Source: a virus. From it: 64,000 nt of DNA. Shown here one piece after another: positions 27,764 to 38,884 of this stretch; position 1 is the stretch's first letter, and every line of letters begins with the position of its first letter. Under the pieces are notes generated by a model, which did no database searches, was not told the DNA's origin, and worked only from the letters and a program-made list of their open reading frames with translations. The DNA is taken from positions 32,001 to 96,000 of IMG/VR virus record IMGVR_UViG_3300027850_000003. The stretch is one strand, 5' to 3'. The position numbers and the translations under genes are program-made.

Positions 27764-28345
27764 CTATACTTTCCAGTTATCTAAGTTAGTAATATCTAAA
27801 TCATTAGTAGCAAAATGTTCAACTGCTTTATCAGTAGCTTTAGTAAAGTCCTGGTCAATGAAAGCTTTTATTTTATAAGACTTCTCACTATGCTCAATAG
27901 TTAAATAATTATGCTTAGAGTCTAATAGTGAAAGAGTTAAGAGGTATTTATTACAGAAGCTAGGTAGCTGCTTAGGAATAGCCACATAGCATGAACCACA
28001 CTCTTCAACGTTTCCCATTAAATTATTATTGAGATCAATCCATTGACATTTAGAGACTTTAACAGTAGTGATAGAAGGTTTAATAGTAAATTCTTTTTTC
28101 TCCAATTGAGCTATTGACTTTTTACTTGCTAAGTCAGTTTTTTCTATTTTTTGTTCAGGTATTTGGTAGCAGTATTCATAACCAGAAGAGAAGAAGGAGT
28201 CTAAATAGTCTACTTGAGTAAACTTATCGAAGTAGGAATGATTATAGATAATAATAGTACCAAATTCAGTATCAATCCTTTTCTTAATGTGGATGATATC
28301 TTCTTTATTACGGATTAGGAAATTAGTAAGTATTTGCTGAATCAT
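27764..28345 (-). CDS. hypothetical protein
   Basis: 193 aa; own extended -10 TGCTATAAT at 28382-28390. Confidence 0.65.
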   Translation of the reverse strand: MIQQILTNFLIRNKEDIIHIKKRIDTEFGTIIIYNHSYFDKFTQVDYLDSFFSSGYEYCYQIPEQKIEKTDLASKKSIAQLEKKEFTIKPSITTVKVSKCQWIDLNNNLMGNVEECGSCYVAIPKQLPSFCNKYLLTLSLLDSKHNYLTIEHSEKSYKIKAFIDQDFTKATDKAVEHFATNDLDITNLDNWKV

Positions 28346-28579
28346 TATTTTATTATTAATAGTTTTCTAGTTACTCCTTACATTATAGCAAGATAAGAGC
28401 TATTCTCCTAGCTACTAATATAGGAATGAGAGAACGAGTTCAGGCGAGAGAAAGAATGAGACTTAGTTACCTTGAGTTATTGGAAGAGTAGGATTCTTCC
28501 TTTTTTTACTGTAACTATACTTTTGGTTAGTCTATTATTTCAGATATTTTTGGAAAAACTTACAAAACTTATTTATTAG

Positions 28580-28610
28580 ATTCCATTTTTTACAGTAATT
28601 ATTCAGTATA
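28580..28610 (+). repeat. left 31-bp inverted repeat flanking helicase-like gene 1
   Basis: attccattttttacagtaattattcagtata is the exact reverse complement of 30507-30537. Confidence 0.95.
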
Positions 28611-28644
28611 ATAGATATATAAACTAATAAAAAAGGTAATATCT

Positions 28645-30477
28645 GTGTCTGATATAATTAAAATCCAAGCTCCTGAGTCTGCTCTTTATATGAGTAACTT
28701 TATGACTGAGCTTCCTCACGGCATTATAAATAAAAAAGCTTGCGGAGTAGGAGGTAGTTTCATTGCTATTACTAATCCAGAGAATTATATTATTGCTGTA
28801 CCTACTACAGAATTAATAAAGAATAAATGTTTTCAACACTCTGATTTACTAGGTATTTACTCAATTAAAGATAGTGGAGTTACCTTCAAAATGTTTAAAG
28901 AGTATATTGAGACTCATAAAGTCTTTAAGATAATGACAACCTATGATTCTTTACCTAGAGTAGTCAAATGGTTAAAAGCTTTAAAATTAAATGTCTATGA
29001 AGACTTTAAACTTTTAATAGATGAGTACCATAAAATTCTTAGTGATTATAGTTATAGAGATAAAGCAATACAAGGGCTATTAGAAGAGTCATTAAAATTT
29101 AACTACTATACTTTCCTTTCTGCTACTCCGATTAACCCTAAGTTTATTCCTAAAGAATTAGTCGAATTACCTTACTATGAAATTGAATGGCATAGTACCA
29201 AAAGTATTAAACCTTATAGGAAAAAGACTGCTAAACCTTTACTTCATGCAGCTCATATCATTAGCAATTATAAAGCTAATAACTATTCCGCTGAACTTAA
29301 AGTAGACGGACAAATCTGTATTAGTAATGAAGCGTATTTCTTTGTAAACTCAGTTCATTCTATAGCAGATATCTTACACGCAACTAACTTAGTTCCAAGT
29401 GAAGTAAAAATTATCTGTGCTAATAATTCCACTAATAGAGATGTGTTAGACCCTTTTCCTATTTCATCAGTAACAGATACAAATAAACCTTTTACATTTG
29501 TTACTTCTAAATCTTTTTTAGGATGCGACTTCTACTCAGAAAGTGGGATAGTTTATATGATTAGTAATGTAAATAAGAAACATACTCTACTAGATATTTC
29601 AACTGATATTTTTCAGATTAGTGGGAGAATCAGAAATACTAATAATCCTTTTAGAAATATTCTTTTCCACATTTATAATACTGGAACTTCTGATTTAACT
29701 AAAGAAGAGTTTGAAACTATTTTAGAAGAGAAAGTAGCTAATACTAATGTTCAAATAGAAACTTTTAATGGACTAAGTGAACTAGCAAAGAAAGCTAATC
29801 TTAAAAGATACTCAATGGATTTAGAAGATGATTATAGTTATTACAATCCAGATACTAATCTCTTACAATTTAATGAACTAAAGAAACTAAATGAAGAGTT
29901 TCAGTTTAGTATTATCAATGATATTTATACTAATGGTTTCTCAGTTAGAAGTGCTTATGAAAATGCAGGATTTGATGTAAGTGAAGATCAAGAATATATT
30001 TCCTATGAAGAAGATTTCATTGAAAATATGACAAAGATTAGCTTCAAAGGTATCATGCTAGAGTATTGTAAGCTAGCAGATAATATTGAGAATTTAGATT
30101 TAGAATTTGTAAACAGTAGAAGATTTACTTTAGAAAAACTAGCTCAAGAAAATTTATCATTAGATATAAAAGAGATAGTAAAAAAAGTAGGAACTAAAAG
30201 AATCCGAACACTAAATTATGCTAAAGTAGCTATCAACAAAGAATTATATAGCAAGTGTGATGAGGTGAAAGATGCTATTAGTGAAGCGATCTACAACAAA
30301 CTAGAGAAGAATACTTTTTATTCTACAGCTCAAATTAAACAAGTTTTAGGAAAAATTTATAAAGATTTTAAGATTGAAAAAACACCTAAAGCAGTAGAAC
30401 TTGATAAATATTGTAGTATTCGCAAGGTAAGTAGAACTGTAGAAAATAAATTAGTTAAAGGAGTCTTTATAGTGTAA
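28645..30477 (+). CDS. SF2 (DExD/H) helicase-like protein 1 with degenerate Walker A
   Basis: ACGVGGS, IAVPT, TYDSL, IDEYH, SATP, FFVNS, FLGCDF and QISGRIR motifs. Confidence 0.85.
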   Translation: MSDIIKIQAPESALYMSNFMTELPHGIINKKACGVGGSFIAITNPENYIIAVPTTELIKNKCFQHSDLLGIYSIKDSGVTFKMFKEYIETHKVFKIMTTYDSLPRVVKWLKALKLNVYEDFKLLIDEYHKILSDYSYRDKAIQGLLEESLKFNYYTFLSATPINPKFIPKELVELPYYEIEWHSTKSIKPYRKKTAKPLLHAAHIISNYKANNYSAELKVDGQICISNEAYFFVNSVHSIADILHATNLVPSEVKIICANNSTNRDVLDPFPISSVTDTNKPFTFVTSKSFLGCDFYSESGIVYMISNVNKKHTLLDISTDIFQISGRIRNTNNPFRNILFHIYNTGTSDLTKEEFETILEEKVANTNVQIETFNGLSELAKKANLKRYSMDLEDDYSYYNPDTNLLQFNELKKLNEEFQFSIINDIYTNGFSVRSAYENAGFDVSEDQEYISYEEDFIENMTKISFKGIMLEYCKLADNIENLDLEFVNSRRFTLEKLAQENLSLDIKEIVKKVGTKRIRTLNYAKVAINKELYSKCDEVKDAISEAIYNKLEKNTFYSTAQIKQVLGKIYKDFKIEKTPKAVELDKYCSIRKVSRTVENKLVKGVFIV

Positions 30478-30506
30478 TTACCTTTTCTCTAAGTATTTTT
30501 ATCCTA

Positions 30507-30537
30507 TATACTGAATAATTACTGTAAAAAATGGAAT
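30507..30537 (-). repeat. right 31-bp inverted repeat flanking helicase-like gene 1
   Basis: tatactgaataattactgtaaaaaatggaat. Confidence 0.95.
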
Positions 30538-30562
30538 ACTAAGTTATAATAGAGGTAGTTAA

Positions 30563-30895
30563 GTGAGAACTCTCAGCATTAAATTACCTCTTTCTTTTAT
30601 GACCTATTTCAATTTAAAACCAGTCCAAGACCAGAAAGGAATCTATCTTCTATACGTTAAAGATGAGCTTGCTTATGTAGGTAAAAGCAATAATATTTTA
30701 ATAAGACCACAACAGCGTTTTTATATTACAGATAAAGAATCATCTACTAAAGATATAGATAGAATTGAATATTATGTTTGTAACTCCTTAACAGACTGTG
30801 AACGACTAGAGACTTATCTTATTAATACTTTTGCTCCTAAATATAATTTAGATGAAGTTTCTCCTGATAAATTAACTTTAGTAATTGGTAATTAG
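30563..30895 (+). CDS. stand-alone GIY-YIG domain, paralog of the 13064-13879 N-terminus
   Basis: GIYLL..LAYVGKS, IEYYVCNSLTDCERLETYLI..PKYN. Confidence 0.75.
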   Translation: MRTLSIKLPLSFMTYFNLKPVQDQKGIYLLYVKDELAYVGKSNNILIRPQQRFYITDKESSTKDIDRIEYYVCNSLTDCERLETYLINTFAPKYNLDEVSPDKLTLVIGN

Positions 30896-31047
30896 TAATA
30901 GTCTATTTTGTTTTTTTTTATCCATAAATATCTCATAGTAGAGGTAATAAGTTAATATACTTAATTGAGAGATAGAAAGAATAAACTAACTCATTTATCT
31001 TTCTTCTCTTCAATAAAGTACACTAAATATAGTACATAAAAAATAAG

Positions 31048-31419
31048 ATGCAGTTACTAATTCCAAGACTTAAGTTAATAAAATTCGGTAGAAAACTAGG
31101 TAGTAAAGATAAAAAGAAGAGAAACTTAAAAGCTAAAAATGTTACTTATCAAGGAGTCAAATACAAGTTAGGAGCTAGTAAAATCAGTACCAATAAGAAT
31201 AAGAAAAGGGTTAGAGAAATTACTAACTTATCTACTGGAGCAACTAAGAAAGTACATTATGGTTATAAACCTATGGATAACTACGGTAATGGTCATAGAA
31301 GTGAGAAGAGAAGAAATAATTATTTATCGAGAAGTGCTGGTATAAGAGATGGACAAGGGAACCTAACTAAAGGTAATCCCATGTCTCCTAATTTTCTAAG
31401 TAGAGAAGATTTATGGTAG
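31048..31419 (+). CDS. basic protein, probable virion component
   Basis: FGRKLGSKDKKKR; KVHYG...RRNNYLSR...SPNFLSREDLW. Confidence 0.7.
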   Translation: MQLLIPRLKLIKFGRKLGSKDKKKRNLKAKNVTYQGVKYKLGASKISTNKNKKRVREITNLSTGATKKVHYGYKPMDNYGNGHRSEKRRNNYLSRSAGIRDGQGNLTKGNPMSPNFLSREDLW

Positions 31420-31429
31420 TGTAAATATT

Positions 31430-32974
31430 TTACTCATCTTCAAATAAAAGTTTAATTAGCCCATTATGTTCTTTTAGTAACTTACTATTATAGATAGTAA
31501 TCTTTGCATATATCTTTCCATTATCAGAAGGGGATATCATAGCTGTTCCTACTTGTTCTCCAGTGGAAACAATTACTACTGGAACTTTTTTCTCGTCTAC
31601 ACTTTTATTCATTATTTTCTTTTCTAGTTATTTGATTAGTAAAATACTCGTACACTTTATCTTTGTCTAAGAAGGAACAACTAGATATCCTAGTAGCATG
31701 AGTACATCCATTAGCGTATAAAGAATATTTGTTTTTCTCTTTAATTGCGTAGTAACCGAATTTTCCAAGATCCCATTCCCAAATGATACTAGATTTTTTT
31801 ATTTTTGACATATAGCTCTTTATATTTCTTAGTTACAAGCTTAGTAGCATCAATAAAATGATGACCACCAAATACAGCAAAGTTCAATTGAGTGAGCCTA
31901 GTATAACAATCTAAAGTGTTCCAGTTGAATCCTACTACACATTTATGATTAGGACTTTTAACTACCATGCTTCCATTATCATTCTCTACTAAATGACCTC
32001 TAACCTCTAACCATTCTTGCACTACTATATCTGAGGAGAATACTAATTTACTAAATAATTCTTCCATTATTATACTTCCACTACTAGCTGATAATTTTTT
32101 TTATCAGAGGCTATTTGTATTTTCATATTTGTCTTTAGGGATAAAAGTGTCTAGATCAATTAAATCAGGGGAGATAAAAATCCCTACTACAATCGCAATA
32201 ATTAACACTAATACATAAGGGTCAGAAGTCTGTTTTCTTTTCTTAGGTTTCTCAAAAGATTCTTCAACAGTAATAGTATATTTTTTCATAATCTAGTAAG
32301 TAAAATGTGATAGTTTATCTATTAATACTTCATCAAGATTTGTATCTGGAAACTGTGGATTATTGAGGTTAGAATCTTGTCCCCAAACTTCTTTAGTTAG
32401 TTTATTACGGTAAGTAAAATCTCCTACTAATTCCTGGTTAATTTCACATTCTAGATGATGAATTTGATTATCCCAAGTAAGCATTATTCTAAAATCTTCA
32501 TTACCGTATCCATAGCAGCAATCTGGAACCTGTAGTATTCCATTTTTATATTTACTAAACAAATTAGATAAAGAATTAAAGCAATAAGAAGTGATATCAA
32601 CTACTCTGTCATTTTCATTAACTTTAATAGCTTCTTCTCTTAGAGAATTTAAATAATTAGTAAATTTAGTAATTTGAAGATCGTGGTTCATTTGTTTTTT
32701 CTCACTAATAAAAAAATCCCCGTTCAGAGGACTTATCAACATTATAGCAAGTAAAGCAGTATTATGTACTTATTCCAGAATAATTAGCTACTCCGATACA
32801 TTGTAGATGAAAGAACAATTCTTCTAATTCGTTAATTGCACAAATTAATTCTTGACCTTTTTCATTAGTAAGTTTAATTTCAGTGTCTCCTACTAACTCA
32901 GAAGTTAGGCAACAATTAGCAAGAGTACAAGAAGTAATTAGGTCTTTACCGTTAACAGTTTTCTTAGTGATCAT
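31430..32974 (-). other. cluster of six small leftward hypothetical genes between terS and terL
   Basis: ORFs 31430-31612, 31605-31811, 31789-32067, 32104-32289, 32293-32742 and 32762-32974, several overlap-coupled. Confidence 0.6.
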
Positions 32975-33027
32975 ATTTTTAAGATGTTATTGTAGTAATA
33001 TTATAGCTTAGAGAGTAGTAACAAATA

Positions 33028-34611
33028 ATGGTAAGTAAAAGATCACAGAAAGATAAGATTCAATTTTTAGATCAAGAGATAGAATTTCTTCTAAATCAGC
33101 AGAGATATTTAAATGCTTCTAACTCATTATATGATTTTCTCAAGATAGGGTTTGATCACGTTGAGACTCATAATTTTCGAGATAGTAGATTAGCAGAAGC
33201 TTTATGTGAGCATTTAGAAGCTGTTATGGCTGGACAGATAAAAAGACTAATTATAAATATTAGTCCTAGAACTATGAAGACTTTACTAACAGGAGTCTAT
33301 TTCCCTGCTTATTGGTGGTTAAAGAAACCTCATTTAAAGTTTATCTATTGTAGTTACACCTTTGATATTGCTAAAGTATGTTCCGAGAAGTTTAGGAATC
33401 TAGTTAAACATGATTATTATAATTTAGTTCAAAGCACTATTGAGAAGTACAACGATTCTCCTTTAAAAATAATATCTGATAGTGAAAAACATATTCTCAA
33501 TTCTTATCGTGGAGATAGAAGTACAGTAGGTATTGGTGGCTCGATTACTGGTAAAGGTGCAGATGTAATCATACTAGATGACCCTTTAAAAGCTTCTGAG
33601 GCTAAGAGTAGGAAAGTAAATATGAGAACTAACCAATTTATAGGTGAGACTCTTATTTCTAGGTTAGACAAGACCAGTGAGGAAAAGGTCTTTATATTAA
33701 TCCAGCAAAAGTTAACCCAAGATGATACTTCTGCGTTTTTAGAGGCAATGGGAGGATGGGATAGATTAGTATTGCCTTTACTTTATACTGGTGTTTCTGA
33801 GAGTGATACTAGGCTAGGTTTTAAAGATTGGAGAACTAAACCTGGGGAAATATTAGTCCCAGAACTATTAAATATTGAAGAGATTAGACGAATGGAAGTA
33901 GAGATGACTTCTATTGAGTTTGAACGTCAATGTCAGCAGAACGTTAAAGGGATTTCTGGTAATGTTATCTCGAATAAATATTTTAAGGAATATCAGAATA
34001 CTCCTCCTTATGAGCAATATATCTTAGCAGCAGATTTAGCTGAATCAGTACAAGATGATGCGTGCTTTACTGGATTAGTAGTTTTTGGTATTTATGCGGG
34101 TAAATATTATGTAGTAGATGTAGTAGAGAAAAGATTAGGTTTTGATGATCAAATATTAGAAGTTAAAAATCTCTTAGCTAAGTACCCTATCTCTTATAAG
34201 TTGATAGAAAAAAAGAGTATGGGAGCAGCACTTATCAATGTCTTGTCTAGAGAGATTCCTGGTATTATAGCTCTTGAACCTAGAGACTATGGGAATGAGA
34301 AAGAAAACAGATTGAAAGCTACTCTTCCTGCATTTATGGCTGGAAAGATATATTTCCCTACTAAAGAGTCCTGTGAAAAAATTGAAACTCTTAAAGACCA
34401 AATAGTTACTTACCCTCTTACTAGATATGATGATATTATGGATGCCTTCTGTTATGGAGTCTTATGGTTAGAAAGAAATAATAAAGTAATTTTAACTGAA
34501 GAAACAGTGGTTATTGTACCTGAACATATAAAACAAAGGAGAAATATCTTTGATGATACTCCTCCTAATAGTGTGTTTGGTTCAGTTAATAGTAGTAGAT
34601 TTAGGTTTTAA
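33028..34611 (+). CDS. terL: terminase large subunit
   Basis: LIINISPRTMKT (Walker A), ITGKGADVIILDDP (Walker B), AADLA and YDDIMDA nuclease motifs. Confidence 0.95.
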   Translation: MVSKRSQKDKIQFLDQEIEFLLNQQRYLNASNSLYDFLKIGFDHVETHNFRDSRLAEALCEHLEAVMAGQIKRLIINISPRTMKTLLTGVYFPAYWWLKKPHLKFIYCSYTFDIAKVCSEKFRNLVKHDYYNLVQSTIEKYNDSPLKIISDSEKHILNSYRGDRSTVGIGGSITGKGADVIILDDPLKASEAKSRKVNMRTNQFIGETLISRLDKTSEEKVFILIQQKLTQDDTSAFLEAMGGWDRLVLPLLYTGVSESDTRLGFKDWRTKPGEILVPELLNIEEIRRMEVEMTSIEFERQCQQNVKGISGNVISNKYFKEYQNTPPYEQYILAADLAESVQDDACFTGLVVFGIYAGKYYVVDVVEKRLGFDDQILEVKNLLAKYPISYKLIEKKSMGAALINVLSREIPGIIALEPRDYGNEKENRLKATLPAFMAGKIYFPTKESCEKIETLKDQIVTYPLTRYDDIMDAFCYGVLWLERNNKVILTEETVVIVPEHIKQRRNIFDDTPPNSVFGSVNSSRFRF

Positions 34612-34946
34612 GACTCAGATAAGAATGAGTAACCTCTAGTAGCAAATCGTTTCTTTACAGCACTATTAAGAGCTAGACGAGGACGATTATATCCTTTAAC
34701 TGGAAGAGTAGTATTTCTACCAATATCTCTCCGTACTGTATCTGGAATAGTTTTAAACTCAATTACCCCTAGAGGAGTTGTTACCTCTTTACCTTCCTCT
34801 AAAAATTTAATAATAGCTTCAAAGTTAATATCAAATAGTTTAGTAAGAAGAGCTTGAGATAAAAGAGTATCAGTTTCTTCTCTTAGTTGAGATTGAATTT
34901 CGAGAATTAAGTCTTTCTTAGTGACTTTAGGAAAATTAGCAGACAT
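34608..34946 (-). CDS. HU/IHF-like DNA-binding protein
   Basis: TKKDLI...L.EGKEV..PLG.......RRDIGRNTTLPVKGYNRPRL. Confidence 0.75.
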   Translation of the reverse strand: MSANFPKVTKKDLILEIQSQLREETDTLLSQALLTKLFDINFEAIIKFLEEGKEVTTPLGVIEFKTIPDTVRRDIGRNTTLPVKGYNRPRLALNSAVKKRFATRGYSFLSES

Positions 34947-35001
34947 ATATTTATGTTATATTCATTACAGTATTGATTAATTATAGTATAAGAGTTTTAA
35001 T

Positions 35002-37785
35002 ATGACAACTAGATTGAAGAAAAAAAATAATAAAAGTAGTCTTAGTAGAGATTATGTTGAGAAGTTTGTCAGTAATGTAGAGAGTAAACTAAGTAACTTT
35101 AATACTCAATTTCTAACACCTTATAAAGAAAAACTAGATAAATTAGATTTATCCGTTATAAAAGATATCGAGAAAGATTTTAAATTACCTACATTACTTA
35201 TTAAAAATGCTGTAGATGACTTATGGAATTACCATTGGGTGTTAGGTCAAAAAGATGTTCTAAGTAGTGAAAAAAATAAGGTTAGTAATTATAGTGGAAA
35301 TTTAAACCTTACTACTTTTGCTCAGACTAAAGGAGAACTAATAGTTGAAAAAAAACAGTTACAAGAGTCTAATAAAAGAATTAAACGGATTCAAAGAGAG
35401 CTTAGAAAAGAGTTAAGTAGTGATAGTAGAAATCAAAATAATATTGATGGATTAGTAAGTAGATTAAAAAAGGAAAGTAGTTTACTAGAAAAAATATTAG
35501 GAAATATTAGAAGTAATGGTACAGAAAAACAGTTAGCATTTAATGAGGTACGAATTAGAGATTTACAAGAAACTATTAGAGTCTTAGAGTTAGAAGCTTA
35601 TGAGGATAAAAATAATACTAATGTTACTACTGGTATTGATATCTTAAATTCTAGTGAGTTCGGTACTATTTATATAAATAAAAGGACTCTACTCTTAAGT
35701 CAAAATTATTCTAGCTCATATAAGAATAAAGTAATTAAAAAAATACAAAACTACTTTGATACGACTACTGATGGAAAAAGGTATAAAAATAGAGAGCAAA
35801 CGTTATTTGATTCACTAACTACTAAAGGTGATTCAGTTACAGATATTAATCGTGTTAAACAAATAGTAAATACAGAGATATCACTAGCTTATAATTTAGG
35901 GAGATTAAAGAAGCTACAAGAGTTAGGGTATACAAGAGTAAAAGTCACTAATGAAAGAGAAAATACTATTAATAGAGTAATAGCTCTTAGTCGATTTAAT
36001 GGAAAATTATGGAAAGTATATAAGCAGCCTGATAAAGAAAAGTTGATGCCTTTATTATGTAATTTTTGTGCAGAGATGGATGGAAGAGAATTTAATATCA
36101 ACACTATCTATGAAGGTAAAGTAAATACTCAATTTCATAATAGATATTCTAGAGTACCTCCTTTTCATGTATCTTGTTGGTGCTATTTTGTAGGAGTAGA
36201 TGATCGTGATAAGAAAGATTCTATACTACCTGTACCTCAATCTCAGATTAATGATGCTCTTCTATTATCCAGTATAGGTTTAACATCGGTAGTTGGAGCT
36301 TATTTAGCTTTTAATAAATTTGGTGGTAATAAAGTAAAACTTTCAGAAGTTCTTAAAAAGACTAAAGAGGTAGTTAAAGAAACAGCGGAAAAAGCGTTAG
36401 TTAAAGTACAAAGTATTCCTAAAAAGACAAAAAGTGTAGTAGATAATCTATTAGATAGACCAAAAGCAAATATTCCCTTAAGACAACTACAAGAAGTTAA
36501 TAAGATTACTGATGAAGTATTTGATGCTGTAGGGCTAGATACTAAACAATTACTAATGATACCTTTAAACCTTCCTAGCAAACAACCAGAGTTAGTAGAA
36601 GAAATGGTAGTAAATAACATAGATGAAGTAGTATCTAATACACCTTATAAGACTTTAAACGTAGCTCCTAAGACTTTTAATACTGTAATAGAAGAAATAC
36701 CTAATTATGTTCAATCTCTTCAACCAATTATTAAAGCTAGGGAGGACTACTACAGGTTAAGAAATATTATTTATGATACTTCCGTCGCACTAGAGACAAG
36801 ACAATCTTTGTATAACACTTATATTACCTCCAGGACTAACTATGACTCTCTTATTACTAAGCATTTATCAGATACCCGTAATTTAAAAAATACAGTTAAT
36901 AGTGTACAATCTCAAATATCAGTAGATGCTAATAGACAACTCTTAGCTAATAGAGGTAGCCTTCCTAATAATTTAACTTTAAAAGATGCTCTTAATAGTA
37001 TGAGAAGTAGAAAAGCTTTAACCTTTACTGATAATCAATTAAAAACTATAAGAGATAATTTAACCTTAGAACGTAGACAGTTAAGAGAAAAGATAGGAGT
37101 AGAAAGTAAAGTATTAGACTCTGTATTAGATGGGGTAGACACTCAACAAAAAGTAGTAGAGCTTAAAAATGTCTCAAGTAATATTAGTGAAACTACTGCT
37201 TCTTATGTAGCTAAACCTAAGACTTTAGACAAAATAATAACTAATATAGATTCAATTAAAAAAGAACTAAATAATATTAATACTACTAAAGACACTATTC
37301 GTTCTCTTAGTACCTCTAGAATTAGAGGTGGAAATTCAATAGATAGACAATTACTAATAGATACTCAAGAAACTTATATTAAAAAGGTAATAGAGCAACA
37401 GAAAATATTAGCTAAAGAGTTAGAAAAACTTCCTGATGATATAGATAAAATAGATAATTTTGTTAACCTATATAGGTCAGAGATAATAGATAAAGCTAAA
37501 ACTAATTACCCTTATAGTAAAAATACTTGGAGTAATAATGAGCTTTCTAGTTTAGATAAACAGTATAAAAAGGCTAGTGATTTAATAACTACTCGTAATA
37601 CTTACCAATCCTACTTAGATGAAACTGAAGATATGTTAGCTAAGTTAAGTAATTTTGAAACTACTATAGTAGATAATACAATCAAATTTTCTGATAATTA
37701 TTCTAATGATATTATTATAAATAGAGATGTACTTAAAAAAATCTCTAAATTACCCAGTATAAAAGATATAGTATTTAATACATAA
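35002..37785 (+). CDS. MuF/SPP1 gp7-like head morphogenesis protein with long C-terminal extension
   Basis: IVNTEISLAYN.GR, CNFC..MDG and PPFHVSCWC motifs; then a TM segment and coiled coil. Confidence 0.8.
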   Translation: MTTRLKKKNNKSSLSRDYVEKFVSNVESKLSNFNTQFLTPYKEKLDKLDLSVIKDIEKDFKLPTLLIKNAVDDLWNYHWVLGQKDVLSSEKNKVSNYSGNLNLTTFAQTKGELIVEKKQLQESNKRIKRIQRELRKELSSDSRNQNNIDGLVSRLKKESSLLEKILGNIRSNGTEKQLAFNEVRIRDLQETIRVLELEAYEDKNNTNVTTGIDILNSSEFGTIYINKRTLLLSQNYSSSYKNKVIKKIQNYFDTTTDGKRYKNREQTLFDSLTTKGDSVTDINRVKQIVNTEISLAYNLGRLKKLQELGYTRVKVTNERENTINRVIALSRFNGKLWKVYKQPDKEKLMPLLCNFCAEMDGREFNINTIYEGKVNTQFHNRYSRVPPFHVSCWCYFVGVDDRDKKDSILPVPQSQINDALLLSSIGLTSVVGAYLAFNKFGGNKVKLSEVLKKTKEVVKETAEKALVKVQSIPKKTKSVVDNLLDRPKANIPLRQLQEVNKITDEVFDAVGLDTKQLLMIPLNLPSKQPELVEEMVVNNIDEVVSNTPYKTLNVAPKTFNTVIEEIPNYVQSLQPIIKAREDYYRLRNIIYDTSVALETRQSLYNTYITSRTNYDSLITKHLSDTRNLKNTVNSVQSQISVDANRQLLANRGSLPNNLTLKDALNSMRSRKALTFTDNQLKTIRDNLTLERRQLREKIGVESKVLDSVLDGVDTQQKVVELKNVSSNISETTASYVAKPKTLDKIITNIDSIKKELNNINTTKDTIRSLSTSRIRGGNSIDRQLLIDTQETYIKKVIEQQKILAKELEKLPDDIDKIDNFVNLYRSEIIDKAKTNYPYSKNTWSNNELSSLDKQYKKASDLITTRNTYQSYLDETEDMLAKLSNFETTIVDNTIKFSDNYSNDIIINRDVLKKISKLPSIKDIVFNT

Positions 37786-37789
37786 ATAA

Positions 37790-38884
37790 ATGAAAGATTA
37801 TAGGTTTATCACTTTTGCAGGGGAAGTTCAACCCTCTAAGAAAAGTAAGAAAGATGTTAAGGTTAAAGGTTATGTTAGAAACGGTAAATTTGTTCAATCT
37901 TTTCAACGTAAACAATTGCTAAATGATGAGAATAAAGAGTTAGCTAAAAAAGTAGCTATAGGTAGTTTAATTACATTAGGAGGAGTCTTAGGGCTTGGCT
38001 TGGCTGGAGCTGCTGTAGTTAAGCTCAGATATAATCGTAATTTAATTAAATTTGGTCAACAGATAAAAGCAAACAAGCTTCCAATGGATATGAAAGCTCC
38101 TAAAAAAAATTATGTAGCACCTTATAATATAGGAGATAAGGATTCTATGGATTTTTTTATTGGCCCGCTAAGTGCTAAAGGGGATTCTGGTGGAGCAGCG
38201 TTAATGGTACTTACTAAAAAAGCCTTAAAAAAGACCAAATTAAAAGACCAACATGAGTTAATACCTTTAATTCACAATTATCAAGTGTCAGGAAATGATG
38301 AGTTTCAGCTTTACACTTCTGCTATTGATGCTACTAGAAAAGCGGTAGCAGATGGATATAACATGGACTCAGTTTTGATGTCTAAAGAAATATTTAAATG
38401 GCATACTTTAAACCCTACTAAACCGATTAAATTAATTACTCATAGTGCCGGAGGTTTTCAAAGTAGAGATGTTCCTCATATTTTAAAAGCTGCTGGAGTG
38501 CCACCTAAACTAATGAAGGTATTCTCTATGGGAAGTCCTGATTTTGGTTTAGTGGATGATATAGTTCCTGCAAGTCGTATTATGAATAGTGATGACCTAT
38601 ATACTAATAAACTTAAAACACTAACAAATAAATCTAAAGTATCTTTACCTTCACTAAATAGAAATACTACTTATATAGGTAATGGGTATACTCCTGCTTT
38701 TGAAAAAATAAGGTATACTAAAGCTCTTAAAGAAGCTGACCAAACAGGATATTATGGAGATGTAGATTTACCAAAAAATCAACAAAGAGCAGTAGCTCAC
38801 TCTTTAGGAGCTTATATGAATGGAGAAACTGTTACGTCTAAAAAGAATTTAGATTTATTAAAAAATTTCTTAGCTATAGATTAA
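37790..38884 (+). CDS. membrane-anchored alpha/beta-hydrolase (lipase-like)
   Basis: Gly-rich TM segment, ITHSAGG nucleophile elbow, SMGSP, NSDD and late AHS. Confidence 0.65.
   Translation: MKDYRFITFAGEVQPSKKSKKDVKVKGYVRNGKFVQSFQRKQLLNDENKELAKKVAIGSLITLGGVLGLGLAGAAVVKLRYNRNLIKFGQQIKANKLPMDMKAPKKNYVAPYNIGDKDSMDFFIGPLSAKGDSGGAALMVLTKKALKKTKLKDQHELIPLIHNYQVSGNDEFQLYTSAIDATRKAVADGYNMDSVLMSKEIFKWHTLNPTKPIKLITHSAGGFQSRDVPHILKAAGVPPKLMKVFSMGSPDFGLVDDIVPASRIMNSDDLYTNKLKTLTNKSKVSLPSLNRNTTYIGNGYTPAFEKIRYTKALKEADQTGYYGDVDLPKNQQRAVAHSLGAYMNGETVTSKKNLDLLKNFLAID

Noticed and set aside
28580-30537. Classical IS element
   Set aside because: The enclosed ORF has helicase motifs rather than DDE, HUH, Tyr or Ser catalytic motifs, and no target duplication is visible
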